This document shows positions 1 through 12,833 of a DNA stretch of 64,000 nucleotides, piece after piece. Both the position numbers and the translations under genes were made by a program. Source of the stretch: Microthyrium microscopicum (lineage: Eukaryota). The first letter of the stretch is position 1, and every line of letters starts with the position of its first letter. A model generated the notes under the pieces. The model ran no database searches. It was not told the origin of the DNA and saw only the letters and a program-made list of their open reading frames with translations. The stretch is from positions 168,993 to 232,992 of the forward strand of contig MU004234.1 in NCBI GenBank assembly GCA_010405405.1. The letters are read 5' to 3'.

Positions 1-1670
1 TCTCGAAAAGGGCGCCACGTTGTTCAGCGCGCCAGTTTCTCAATACATTTGAGAAAAACGATAAACAAAAAGTGAGTCTGCTCTCTAATGATGGCGGGTA
101 TCAAGCAAGGGACTACCAAGCGCAAAACTGCGTTTTCACAACATGGAATATAACAATGCTGCACATATTCAATACAAACAAGCCAGCTGCTAACTTGTTC
201 TACGCTACAAGCTTCTTCGATCGACAAGGCATTCCCGACGATCTTCTGAGAAGTGTTTTCATGTGGATACAATCCAGCAAGAAAGCGATTGACTCAAGTG
301 AACAAGAGGCCGAAGAGAACAGCGATAACAATGCTTTAGCATACTTTCAACGACCTGAATCCAGTTCTAGCATGGACGAAGCATTTGAAAACGCCTTCCA
401 GATGCTCAGAGACTATTGGCTCGTGACCGTGACTGCCGATCCCAGTGTATTTGAAGTACATCGACTGATACAGGTTGGTGCAAGACAACTTAACCTGACA
501 AGCAATGACTTCTACGGTAACCTCCTGGTAGGTTTGGCGGTTATTTATTTCGATTTTGAAGATGGAAAACCAGTATCTGGAAGCCACAGTCTGGGTCAAG
601 ATATTGAGAGCAAGAAATGGAGGGTCTACTTTCCACACTTCAAAGCCTTAATCAGCTCGGAGCCACAGCTTGACGAATATAAGGGAGTGTGGCTGCTGAT
701 TCTTAGCAATACAGCAGAAGCAGCAGTTTTCGCGGGAAAGTATTCCGAGGCAGAGAGCATCGCGAGTGTCCTTTTGCAAAGATGTTCACCAGATACATGG
801 AAAGCAACCAGTCCTACCACACTAATTTGGAAGCGAGAGACCTTTATGCGAATCAATGTCGTTCTTGGAAAGTCGTACGCAGCTCGACTCATGTATTCAC
901 AATGTGAAATCTTTCTGGACCGCTTTCTACCAACAATGTTCAAAGAGTTCAATATCTGGTCGAACGAAATTGAACCGTCACCGTCCGAGTTACCGAATCT
1001 TTTCCTTTACGTAGACATACTGTGGACTTTAGCCATGGTGAAGCTATGCCAGAACAAACTGCAACAAGGTCAGAAATGGCTGGATCGTGCATATGAGACG
1101 ATTTGTTACTTCACAATGCAACACCCATCGGTGGAAGACCGATTCAAGCGCAGGACATTAGATATAACCGAAGCTCTTATCATCAATGTGATAAGAATAA
1201 CGGCGAATCGAGAGATGATACGAAATGAAAAGCTTGCTGAGCTTCCGGAAGCGGTGGAAGAAGTTAGAAATCTCGCATCACAGAACTATGACAGAAGTGT
1301 TGCTTTATTGGGAGCCGATGATGTCCGGACGACTCGAAGACGTTGGAATTGTCTCTTCTTGGCAGGCACATCGGAAGCGCATGAGAGCTTAGTGAAAGAG
1401 GGTCAAGGGGCTCGTGAGAAACTTGAGGCTTCATTAGGCTCTGATCACTCAGCAATCCCAGAAGCCCTGTGGTTTTTGGCAACTCTCTTGAAGCTGGTTG
1501 ACAAGCATGCTGAAGCGTTAGAAGTCATGGAGGAATGTGTGAGGCTGGGCGCTCAGATTCGAGGTTCAGACAATTGCCGGACGCAGGAGTGTGCGAGAAG
1601 GTTGTCGAACTGGAAGCAAAACATTCCAGGCGTGCCTGCAATTGGCTTATTCATGGCATCTTTTCCATAG
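1..1670 (+). CDS. NLR-like protein, C-terminal part (end of NB-ARC/winged-helix region plus degenerate TPRs); 5'-partial
   Basis: Frame is open from base 3 (SKRAPRCSARQFLNTFEKND...). Motifs FTTW, SFFDRQGIP and FEVHRLIQ are typical of fungal NB-ARC-TPR ('kinesin light chain-like') proteins. C-terminal LGSDHS/RGSDN repeats resemble TPRs. Confidence 0.75.
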   Translation, partial: SKRAPRCSARQFLNTFEKNDKQKVSLLSNDGGYQARDYQAQNCVFTTWNITMLHIFNTNKPAANLFYATSFFDRQGIPDDLLRSVFMWIQSSKKAIDSSEQEAEENSDNNALAYFQRPESSSSMDEAFENAFQMLRDYWLVTVTADPSVFEVHRLIQVGARQLNLTSNDFYGNLLVGLAVIYFDFEDGKPVSGSHSLGQDIESKKWRVYFPHFKALISSEPQLDEYKGVWLLILSNTAEAAVFAGKYSEAESIASVLLQRCSPDTWKATSPTTLIWKRETFMRINVVLGKSYAARLMYSQCEIFLDRFLPTMFKEFNIWSNEIEPSPSELPNLFLYVDILWTLAMVKLCQNKLQQGQKWLDRAYETICYFTMQHPSVEDRFKRRTLDITEALIINVIRITANREMIRNEKLAELPEAVEEVRNLASQNYDRSVALLGADDVRTTRRRWNCLFLAGTSEAHESLVKEGQGAREKLEASLGSDHSAIPEALWFLATLLKLVDKHAEALEVMEECVRLGAQIRGSDNCRTQECARRLSNWKQNIPGVPAIGLFMASFP

Positions 1671-1940
1671 TGACTGGTTGCAGATTGAAGTACACACTAT
1701 GGTGGCCATGGTGGCCCACTACTTGGGACCAAGTTCGTCGCGCTTCGTAGGTCTCCAATATTATAGTAGACTGACAGAAGATATTTAAGGCAATGAGCAC
1801 TGAATTTGGAAGTGCTGTGTTCAGCCAAATCAGCCTGACCTTGGAACTAGTCCTCCCAAAAGTCCAATTCTTGTTCATTGTAGTTCTACTAGGGGTATCA
1901 TATGCTATCTGGCAATCATCATAACTGTATCATCATTCAA

Positions 1941-4166
1941 TCATACCGCGCCGTCCTTCTCCTGTCGCTTCTCAGGAGTAGCATCTCCACCTCTTCGTCC
2001 CAACGGACTTTGCTTCATCCCCTGCCCCTTCACAGCATCCATCCTCGACCGACCATGCCCACTCGGTGTTGAAGGCCCGGATCTAGCCTGCCACGAATTC
2101 CGCGCTCCTGCCTTCGCAAACTCCGCCCGCGGTGACAGAGGCGATCGCGCACCTTCCCACTCCTGTTGATACCGTTGCTTCGTCCGCCGTGCATACCCAC
2201 TCGGACTATCATCCAGGCCACCCTCACTCTCGAATCGTCCCCGTGAACCTGTGCTAGACGGTGAAAACCCAGCATTTCCTCCCTCATCCCATCCATCCTG
2301 CTGCTCGTGCTGATGCAGATACTCCTCTCCGCGAAACTTCATGGGACTCTCAGCATATGGGTCAAAGCCGACGTCCCGTCGAGCGGCCGAGCGCATCATT
2401 TTACGGCGTTCAGCGTCTGCGCCGGCGCCGGTGGAACTTGATTCGGCGAGGAAGAAGTTCAAGAGCTCGTCTTCAATAGCGAGGTGGGGACATTGCTGGA
2501 ATTGCTGGAGGGCGGTGAGACGGATGAGGAGTTCGAGGAGAGAGAGCGAGGTTTTGAGGGCAGGTAAGGAAGTTGTGCCACGCGGGGAGAGGACTGTTGC
2601 AGGAGAAGATATGGTGTTTGTTTTGGCGATTTGGCTGGAATTGAGATCTTTTGGGGTGAGTGGGCTGGAGCGGATGTGCATTGAGGATAGACCGGTTGTT
2701 ATTGGGTCCACGGAGTCAGCGCGGTTGGTGGATGGGCGGAGAGGTGATGAGACAGTAATGTCTTCTTCGTCTTCATCTTCAGAGGAGTCAGGCTCTTCAA
2801 CATAAACTTCTACAGCCATCCATTCCTGGTTGAGATCGCTCGGAAATCGCCACGGCTGAGTAATGGGCTCTGGCTGAACAGGTGGTTCGGGTTCAGGTGC
2901 TGTTGAAGACTCGCGGTGAAGTTGGGCGCGAGCCTCATCGTCATCATCGTCATCATCATCGTCAAACCCATTTGTGGGAGAGTCGGGCGGAAAGTTTTCT
3001 TCCTCTTCCACGGAATTTCGATCCACCATCCGTCTAGGAGGTACGGCATTTGGATCACGTCGGAGTAGCAAGACTGGATTATTGGGTTCACCGTCAGAAC
3101 TAGAGCCGATGTTTAGAATTTTCCCAGTGTCTGCGTAGAAGATCTTCGATATTTCGTGAATAGGAAGAATTTCTCTTATACCAGCAAGGTTGACATCGTC
3201 ATAAGGACCAGGCTTGAGCTCGTTGTCATCGAAGGTGTGAACTCTATCGTCTTCCAAATCTTCGACGATGAGCAGCTGATATGCAAACTCTTGAGTCAAG
3301 CCTTCTGATGGTACGTTCTCGAGGAAAGAATCATCATCTGGGTTCGACTGGGCATGCCTATGGTTTGACTGTGCCCCTGGCAGATCGTAAAGATTATCCA
3401 GTGGTACCCGAAGTAGCTTTACTCGTGCTTTATGTACGACCTCTTTCCAAGTCATTTCACGAATACCCTTAACACTATGACGAAGCGAGTGACCACCAAA
3501 CAGCATATACAGAGAAAGCGTAAATGCTGGACCGATTTGTGTGGGCTGTGTTGGATTCAGATTATATCCAGCGTCTCCAGTGGTGAGGAATGTGCTCGCT
3601 TGCAGAAGTCGAGATGGTGATACCGTAGGTGGGAGACCCGTTGATAGATTGACTCCGGAAGTGGTGATAGCAAGGTTGATGAGAGGCACAGCATCTTCAA
3701 TCTGAGTGAGTAATTTCTTGATATCCAACACGATGCCTTGGAGTTCCCGTTCCGCTTCGATTCGATTGCTAGGTTTGCTCTTGTCTCGGTGAAGATCTTG
3801 GTCAGCAGCTTTAGCAAGTCGCATTCCAAGGGATTGAATCGACAGTCGTAGATTTTTCGTAAGTGTTACTGCTGAATCTAGTGAGGTATTTCCACGCGCG
3901 GCTATAAGTTCAAGTAGATTGATTGCTGGCGCAATGATTTTGATTTTGCTTTGGAGGCGCTGTTGAAGATCTGCTATCTCTTCTCGGTCGCGACCATCTG
4001 CTGTTGTTTTGAGCAAACGCGTACATTGTTTGAACGCGTAGCCGGTGGTTATCGTGATTCCTGACCGAATTGCATAGTTTACAGCGTGTTGAGTGATCTA
4101 TTTCCGTTAGAGATATACTCCTCCAGTTTTCATTCAGGATCTTACCTTTCCAAGAAAAATGTCCAT
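1941..4166 (-). CDS. YRB30: RanGTP-binding protein (Yrb30/Ran-binding family); 2 exons (4166-4146, 4097-1941)
   Basis: Spliced N-terminus MDIFLGK|ITQHAVNYAIRSGITIT, with a GTAAG...CTAAC...TAG intron. Motifs ELIAARGNTSL and IEDAVPLINLAITTSG...VSPSRLLQAS. Confidence 0.85.
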
Positions 4167-4596
4167 TTTGGCGATATCAAGATGTGGGTGCTGTTCATTT
4201 GGTGATGGATGCAGCTAAGACATGCATGTGCAGGCAGCAGGCAGAGATGCAGTTCGGGATCAACGACCACGAGCTAGAGTAATTCTAGTCACCACCTACT
4301 ATTCGGGTTAGGTGGAAGGGGGGTCGGATCTGTTGTCAAGATTGAGGTGCAGCATTACATAAGGTCGATGGATGATTTGTGATCGCCAGTTTTGACGTCT
4401 TGTTTACTTGCATAAAAAGGCGGTATCACGTGGCTTGATCTGCCTAATTTTAGCGACCTCTCACTAGAATTAGTGGCCTCGTGGCTGCTATTTCGGCTGT
4501 CGATATATCGTCTTCTCTTGGGAGCTTCAACTCTACAATCAGTGCACATTTCCTTCATATTCTTCAAGACTCTCCACATTCTCACTTTCTGGTCAA

Positions 4597-5301
4597 ATGG
4601 CCTCTTCATCCGAAGAATTCACATATAAATCATACCGACTGGACCCAAAATCTCCCAACTTCCAGTTTCTCGCCGGGAAATATGCAGCTATATCTCTTCA
4701 AGCTCTATCAACAGATCCGGGATCATTCGGAGTCGCATACTCAACAGAGAGCACACTTGGTGCATCCGAATACGCTATTCGGCTATCCCGCCCAAACATC
4801 GACGTATTCATCTGCGTCGCACATGCCGCCAGTCTCGCGTCAGAGCTCCACGACATTGAACACGGTCACTGGATCGGTATGGTCACCCAAGTTGGTCCAA
4901 CACCCAAAGAAGTCTTCTGGCTTCGAGATTCAGGAGCACCAGAGCCTCTAGACGACGAGTTGGAGACTAAATGGCATCATACGGGTCTATGGGTGGATCC
5001 GGCGCATCGACGAAAGGGCATCTCGAGCCAATTGATCAAAGCAGCTCTAGAGCATGCAGCCAAGACATTGACTGGTACTGTTCAACAAACGCGGTTTCGA
5101 CTCTTTGCTGCTCCTGGGAATGAAGGAAGCCCGGGACTATATGGCAGTCTGGGATTTACTCATGTTGGAAAGTGTACGATCCCGGAAGCCATGGCCGGTA
5201 ATGGTAACGCGACGTATCCCTTCAGAGGCATAGAAAAATGGTCCGAAGAAGAATTGCAGAGGAGGGAAGGTGTAATACTAGAAAAGGTAATTGTAAAATA
5301 A
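4597..5301 (+). CDS. GNAT-family N-acetyltransferase
   Basis: 234-aa intronless ORF with acetyl-CoA binding motif A LWVDPAHRRKGIS and C-terminal LYGSLGF. Confidence 0.85.
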   Translation: MASSSEEFTYKSYRLDPKSPNFQFLAGKYAAISLQALSTDPGSFGVAYSTESTLGASEYAIRLSRPNIDVFICVAHAASLASELHDIEHGHWIGMVTQVGPTPKEVFWLRDSGAPEPLDDELETKWHHTGLWVDPAHRRKGISSQLIKAALEHAAKTLTGTVQQTRFRLFAAPGNEGSPGLYGSLGFTHVGKCTIPEAMAGNGNATYPFRGIEKWSEEELQRREGVILEKVIVK

Positions 5302-5902
5302 TTAGAAAGATATCAGTTGTGTTGACAAGCGAGGCGGGTGCTCTTTGTCAACCTTGGAAGCACAATAACAGTATCAGTCCAGATCTTTTCAACCAAACAT
5401 GTACTTTGATGACTATTTTATGCTTTGATGATATTCGAATTGCTCCTACATACGATCAAATATTATCAACTCGCGTGCCTCGGCCATATTTTGGTTGTTA
5501 GTTACTGTTTTGCTCTTTAAATCAGAAGGTATGACGGTATCATGGTTCATGACGCTACATTTTCTGGGCTCCTTGTGAGACTTTCGCACACATTCTTTTG
5601 ATCAACCTGGCCAATGAATTTGACATCTTCATTACTCAGATCATTCTAGAAGAAGGAAGCCTCAACTTCCTAAATTAGAAATTAAAATGGTTAAGATCCG
5701 ATCGCCAGGTACACTTTCTGTATTTGGACCCCTATCGCCTACGACGTCACTCGTGAGACCCTCCCCAAAACTTTCCACACCTTTCCATCTCCAACCTTCA
5801 ACTCTTTCCTGTTTCTACTCGAAAACACAAAAGTTATTTGTGCAGAAACTCATTTTTTCGAAAACAAAAACTTGCCATTATTCATCTCGTAACACTGCAG
5901 TC

Positions 5903-7072
5903 ATGTCGGAGGCACACGGCGGAAAGGATGGCGAGTTCAAGCCAATATCCGAAGGTCAGGCTCAAAAACTGCCTGGGTATGTGTCATAGATCTGTTGCTG
6001 TCTCACAAATTCAACACAACTAATAACTGAGACCAGTTCCGAGCGAGACATGAAGCCAACCAGTGAGTCTACCAAATTGGAAGGTAGTGATGGCTTCGTT
6101 GAATATCAGGCTGCCGGAAAGCTTGAGGGCAAAAAGGCACTCATCACTGGAGGAGAGTAAGTTCATAACTGACTCCCCATGACAGGAATATAACTAATGT
6201 CGAAGTTCTGGCATTGGTCGTGCCGTAGCCATCCTATATGCTCGGGAGGGAGCAGACGTCACCATTGTGTACCTGCCCGATGAGGAGAAAGATGCGCAAG
6301 ACACCAAGAAGGCCGTTGAAGAAGAAGGCATGGAATGTCTCCTAGTTGCCGTTGACTTGACGAGCAATGAGAACTGCAAAAAGGCCGTAGAGCAGCACAT
6401 GAAGAAGTTGGTGTCATATATCATTCTCGCTGCCTCTTACTGATTTGTGCTTAGGTATGGCCAGCTTGATATCTTGGTCAACAATGCTTCTAAACAGGAG
6501 CAGTGCGAAGACTTTGCGGAGATCGATCTGGATACCGTTGAAAGTAGCTTCCGTAGCAACGTCCTCCAGATGTTTGCCGTTACCAAATATGCCCTTCCTC
6601 ATTTGAAGAAGGGAGCTTCGTACGCTGACCGTCTGCGCCGTCAGTTACTTTCTGACTAACGAATACAGAATCATCAATACCACTTCTGTTGTGGCATTCC
6701 GCGGCACAGGCGCAATGATTGACTATGCAGCAACCAAGGGCGCTATCGTTAGTTTCACTCGAGCACTTCACAAGAGCTTGGTATCGAAGGGTATTCGTGT
6801 CAATGCCGTCGCTCCAGGTCCAGTATGTTATCCTCTTCAAGATGTCGCCTAAGACTTCTGTCAAAAGCTCGGGACTAACACCATGTCAGGTTCATACGCC
6901 ACTGCAACCAGCATCTCGTCCACAGGAGCAGATGGAAGGTTTCGGCAAGAAGTCGCAAATTGGACGACCTGGACAACCAAGCGAGCTCGCTCCTACCTAC
7001 GTCTTCCTGGCTTCAAAAGATAGCTCGTTGTACTATGGACAGATCATGCACGCATACCCTATGGGTGACTGA
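5903..7072 (+). CDS. Short-chain dehydrogenase/reductase (YghA/general stress protein 39-like); multi-exon
   Basis: Spliced motifs KLEGKKALITGGDSGIGRA, LDILVNNA, catalytic DYAATKGAI, RVNAVAPGP and GRPGQPSELAP. About five GT-AG introns. Confidence 0.9.
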
Positions 7073-7522
7073 GCTGTTGGCTCAACTATCTCATTACAAC
7101 TCACAAGGATAGCAAACGACATGTCCTCTCCGAATGAATCGTGTTATATCTCCATTACACCTCGAGAAGGGCTTCAGGTCTTCTTCAAGTCTGAATTATG
7201 CAACGGGCTAGACTTGGGGGAGTGCTTTGGGTCTGATGCTTGTCTCGAATTGTTCAATCCCATGTACTTTTAGCCACCATGAGTAAAAACCACCAGCAAC
7301 AATTTCAAACCAATAACAAATGATACCAAAAATGCTTATTCTCCTGTGAAACATACAGAAACGCCTCAAACACTTTGCCCATCTTCGAGAAATTTCCACA
7401 ACGCAGGGTCCTTTTTTTCATAAAAATATATACGTCATCGTCCCAAGCCATTTTGATATAATCGTCATTCTTTCGGCGCGTGTGTATTTGCCAAAGAAAA
7501 CCACATTCGTAGAATCCTAGCT

Positions 7523-8349
7523 ATGATTCCTCAATCTCTAACCTTCGATCTTGCTCCAAAACCAGACGTAGATATGCCAAATAGTAACCAAGACACCGAC
7601 GGACCGCCCACTCATGCGACTCGATCCAAAGACGACGATGCCTGGAAACATCAGCCTCCTTACAAATTCCAGAAAGACTTCCAAGTGGAATATGAAGCGA
7701 ATTGTCAATGCAAAAAGATCAAATATCAATTGAGTAGGAAGGAGCCGTTGAATTCAAAGCTATGTCATTGCTCTGATTGTCAACGCCAGCACGGTAAATC
7801 AACTTGCCCATCTATTCCGATAATAGGAAACCTAACACGACGAAATAGGCGCGCCATTCCAATGGGCAGCAATCTTCCACAAAGAAGACATCAACTTCCT
7901 CAACGGCGCTGAAGGGCTTGAATGGTTCCATGCACCCAACGCATCTCTAGAACATACGCTTCCATGCAAAGTCCACTGCCATCATTGCAAAAGTCCTATT
8001 ATGGATGAAGGCAAATCAATGATTCTTCTATTTCCTGGTCTAATCCATTTCAAATCCAAGAAGGATATGGACTATTTCAATCCTAAGTAAGTCCTCCGAT
8101 GCCAGATAGTCCTTAATCAAAGTTGCATGATAGAGGTAATATTCGAATGCTGACGATATCTACAGGTGCCATATCTTTTATGGACAACGGGTGATAGATA
8201 TTCCAGATGGACTGCCAAAATGGGACGGACTAGACGAGAAGAGCAAACTAATTGAGGATAGTCCGGAGGATATAGTGAAGGAGTATGAGCAGAAGCGGAA
8301 GAGTGAGGAGAATGATTCTGGAAAAGATTCGAAAAAGGTCAAGTTGTAG
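7523..8349 (+). CDS. GFA/Mss4-like (CENP-V family) zinc protein; 3 exons; alternative start at 7574
   Basis: CQC, CHCSDCQRQHG|APFQWAAIF, CHHCKSPIMDEG and CHIFY motifs across two introns. Confidence 0.85.
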
Positions 8350-8462
8350 ACTATACGAACAAGGCATTTCAATTGTTTACATTGCTCGCGCATTCATAAA
8401 CATTGAACATAATTAAGACCCTAATACCCGAAAAACTATTACTTTCCCCTCACAAGGTTACC

Positions 8463-11085
8463 TCAGTCGAACTTTGGTAAATCGTAAGTTCCCTTCTGAT
8501 CCTCACCATGCTCCATAATATAGTCCTTGACAGTCTTCATATCCCCGTCAATGTCAGTCAACAATTCACGCATCTTCAACTTGACCTTGTCGTTTTTCAG
8601 CGCAGCGCCACGGATTGCTGCCTTGGCAACGTCGTAGCGAGAGACGTTATTGACGACCATCATATCGAATGGCGTCGTTGTGCTGCCCTCCTCATGGTAC
8701 GAGGCTATCGTAACATTCTGACCTGGGCGACCAAATATAAGACCTTTCAGTTCTTGGGCGTAACCATGATAATTGAAGTGAACTGGCACCCCGCCACCGA
8801 AGAGGCTTTCGTACTCGGCGTCAGTCAACGCATGGGGGTGATGATTGTTCTCCGCTCCAAGGATAAGGAGGTCAGTGACGTTGACTACTCGCACTCGCAG
8901 CTCTGGCACCTTTTTGCGGAGTAGGGCGGCAGCGGCGACGACTTCGAAGGTGAGTTCCGCACCAATGCCAACTAGCACTACATCTGGGTTGAGACCTTCT
9001 TCCGTGCTGGCGAATTTCATGATACCGCCTCCAGCACGACAGTGGGCCTCAGCCTCTTCGATGCTGTAATAGACGGGCGTTGGCTGCTTTGAACCGACCA
9101 TGAGATTCACGTAGTTCTTGGATTGTAGGCAGTGTGCCACGGTAGAGAGGAAGGTGTTCGCGTCTGGTGGTAAGTAGACGCGAGCGGCGGAAGCTTTCAG
9201 ATTGAGAACTGCTCCGATGAACGACGGATTTTGATGAGAGAAACCATTGTGTTCTTGCCGTGTCCAGGTACTGGTTTCAATGTAGTTGATGCTTGCGATA
9301 TCACTTCGCCATTTCGTCTCCCGGGCCTTGTTCAGGAGTTAGCAAGATCGTAACGCATGTTTCATATTAGCCGAACTCACTATCTTATTGAACTTGCTGT
9401 ATTGAATCATCATGGTGTGGATGATACCAAGGAAGCTCTCGTAAGAAGGAAAGATACCGACTCTGCCCGTCAAAGTGTAACCCTGAAGGAAACCTTGACA
9501 TTGGTGCTCGCTGAGAGTCTCAATAACTCGACCTCCACGAGCGTTGGAGAACTGATCCCACTGGAAGTTACGCCCAGTATGATCAAAGACAGCACTAAGT
9601 TTATTGCTCTCCAGCTCATCTGGCGAGAAGAGTCGCAGTCTATGTGGATTTTCCACAAAAGCTTGGTCAATGAGTTTGCCGATGGCTTTCATACAGCTTT
9701 CTTCAGAGCCCTTTTCAGCGCCAAAAGTTTTCCAGTCTACGACTTTGAGTGGCTCATACGACTTGAAAGCTTCGGCTCTTTGGCCAAGTTTCTTTTCTCC
9801 TACGGGGAGGAGTGATTTGATTGTTGCGTTGGCGTCGCCGCCGTCTTCGAAAATCTCCCTTGGCTTATAGGACGAAAGCCATTTCTGGAGAGCATCACGC
9901 TCCTCTGTATCGGTTTTTGCTGCTGGTAGTGGCACTTGATGTGCGTGGAAAGATCCCTCAATAAATTGCCCGTGGATCTTCTTGGGTCCACTCCATCCCT
10001 AGAATTGTTAGTATCCTAATTGACAAGTTTTTGATGCAACTTACTTTTGGTGTTCTGAGAATGATCATAGGCCATCGTGGCTTGAAAATCGGCTTTCCTG
10101 ATCTCGCAGCTTCTTGGATGCGACGAATCTCCTTGACAGCCCATTCAAGTGCACTGCTCAGGGCCAGATCAATGTCCTCAAGGTCATCGACGAGACATGG
10201 CTGGTATCCATATCCAGTGAAAAGTGCTCCCAATTCTCTGCTATCCATGCAACCATAGATAGTTCTCTCACTGATCTTGAAACCATTCAAATGGATGATG
10301 GGTAGCACGGCACCAGACTCAGCGGGATCGATGAACTTGAAGCCATGCCACGCAGTAGCAGTTGGACCGGACTCGGCTTCACCATCGCCTACAACGCATG
10401 TTGCGATGAGATTAGGATTGTCCATGACAGCGCCAAAAGCTACAGCAAGCGCGTAACCTAGCTCACCACCTTCGTGGATGGCGCCAGGTAGCTCAGCGTT
10501 GATATGACTTGGGAAGCCTCGAGGCGTACTGAATCTAGTGATGAGGTTGTGAAGACCTTCACGTGTTTGCGAGTATTGTGGGTAGAATTTTGCCAGAGAA
10601 CCTTCAAGCCAGAGACTGGCAAGAATTGCTGGTGCGCCATGTCCAGGTCCCACGACATAGAGCATGTCCAAGTCTTCCTTTTTGATCAGACGGTTAAGAT
10701 GTCCATACACCAAGGACAATCCGGGGCAAGTTCCCCAATGGCCTATCGCCGGTCAGCTATGGTCATACCATACGAATGTGAAACTTACCTAGAAGTCTAG
10801 GCTTGATGTCATCTGCAGTGAGTTCGCGATCTAGATAGACATTGTCTTGCAAGAATATCATTGCTGAATACGATTGTCAGTATCAAACTCTGGAACACAT
10901 GGAAGTAAACGTGAATGCTTACCAGCAGCAATGTAATTTGCCGCATGCCACCATTCCTCAAGAGCTTTTCGATCCTCATCCTTTAAGGTAGCTTTCTCTG
11001 GTTTGACAAGTAGACTGTCGAACGACTCTGGAAGCTGCGAAGGCAGAGCATCCGGATTTGGTTTGTCAATCTCTTCGCCAGGCAT
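8463..11085 (-). CDS. xfp: Xylulose-5-phosphate/fructose-6-phosphate phosphoketolase; multi-exon
   Basis: HWGTCPGL, GPGHG, IHEGGELGY, TPP-binding GDGEAESG, LSEHQCQG, QEHNGFSHQNP and EEGSTTTPFDM motifs. Exons are joined by canonical introns. Confidence 0.97.
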
Positions 11086-11403
11086 GTTTGCGGTTGTGTA
11101 AGTAGAAATCAGGGAGATGAAGCTTGAGGTTTTCTGAAATGATATGATCTCAGTCCTTTTATCTTTGATCCGGCAATGGGCGGAAGACGGAGAAGCTGTT
11201 AGTTCACAAGTTTTATCAGTTCTGATTGTCGTTCGTGTTGGGCGATGTCACCCAATGAGCTTCCCATGCAGACGTCATTTGGCATCCACCAACAGATAGC
11301 TCGCTGCAAGCTACCTCCCAGCGGAACCATTATTTTAATTGAAGCCATTGAGAACAAAGCCTGCCGATTCTGTCTTTAGAAAACATATCTTCGGTCGTCC
11401 TTC

Positions 11404-12833
11404 ATGGCTCAGCTAATATTGGCTGTCAATGCTGGCTCTTCATCCCTCAAATGCACTCTCTTTCAAAACAACGATTCGCTCGACCGTATCGTTTCGATAG
11501 AGATATCTGGACTTAACAGTAGTGATCCTGCTTCCGTCGAGATACGGAAAGGATCGGAAAAAGAAGAGAAGGAAGACAAAAACATTAAGAATCATGACGA
11601 CGCCTTCAGACGCGTGCTACAGCTTCTGGAGAAGGATGAATCTGTTCCAGGCATTCAACACGCCGAGAAGATAATCGCTGCTCATCGAATCGTACATGGC
11701 GGCGACTTTGAGCACGATGTTGAAATTAATGACGAGACATACCACTACCTTGAGAAGTTGGAGGAACTGGCCCCATTGTCTGAAAACCTACAACTGGACA
11801 TTTTGAATTGAAAGCTGACCATTCTAGACATAATGCATCCGCACTTGCTATCATTCAGTCTTGTAGTCGCGAACTGCCAAAAGCGAAGAATGTAGCTTGC
11901 TTCGATTCTGTCTTTCATCAAACGATGCCAGAAGCTGTCAAGACGTACATGATCGACCCTGAGCATGCCAAAGAAAAGGGTCTAAGAAAATATGGCTTTC
12001 ATGGCATCAGCTACAAGTCCATTTTGCGCAGTGTGTCGCACCATTTGCAGAAGCCAGAGGAAGAGACAAGCTTAATCGTTCTTCATCTTGGAAGTGGCGC
12101 ATCCGTCTGTGCGATACAAAATGGGAAGTCTATTGAAACCTCGTAAGTGACCCGCAGGCGTCCATTTGTAGAAGTCTTCCTCACAGTTCATAGGATGGGA
12201 CTCACACCATTATCTGGACTTCCTGGATCATCTCGCAGTGGTGATGTAGACCCAACGCTGGTGTTTCATTTCACGTCCGATGCTGGCCAGTTGAGTTCGA
12301 AAAGCACGAAAGAGCTTCATATCACCAATGCATGTTATACCAGCATTCGTTTTCTTGAATTGTGACTGACAAGTAGACAGGCGGAGGAAATTCTGAACAA
12401 GAAATCCGGATGGGCGGCGCTCACAGGGACCTCTGACTTCTCGAAGATTGGAGTGCCTTCGGCGACAGGAGCTAACCGCTTAGCTTTTGACATTTTTGTG
12501 GATCGTATCGTCGGCTTCATAGGTAACTACTACGTGAAACTGTCTGGAAAAGTGGATGCCATTGTCTTTGCTGGAGGAATTGGTGAGAGAAGCGCCTATC
12601 TTCGACAGCAAGTTTGCCAACGCTGCGAATGCCTTGGACTTGGTGCACTCGGCAACAAGGAGAATGAAAAGAAGATGGAGGGCGCGGTGCTTGATATCAC
12701 TGAGAAGGAGACCAACAAAATCCTTGTGTGTCACACAGATGAGGAGGTAAGTGAAACTGTTTCCATTAGCAAGTGAGTTATCGCTGACAGATTGAAGGCG
12801 GAGATGGCGCGGTCTTGTAGAGAGAATTTCTAG
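11404..12833 (+). CDS. ackA: Acetate kinase; 5 exons
   Basis: [63 protein letters not shown] and TDEE motifs. Confidence 0.97.

Noticed and set aside
2935..2963. Short TCA/TCG trinucleotide-like repeat
   Set aside because: Encodes the poly-Asp tract of the Ran-binding protein; not an independent element.
8463..12833. xfp/ackA as bacterial contamination or recent horizontal transfer
   Set aside because: Both genes contain multiple spliceosomal introns and sit among fungal genes.
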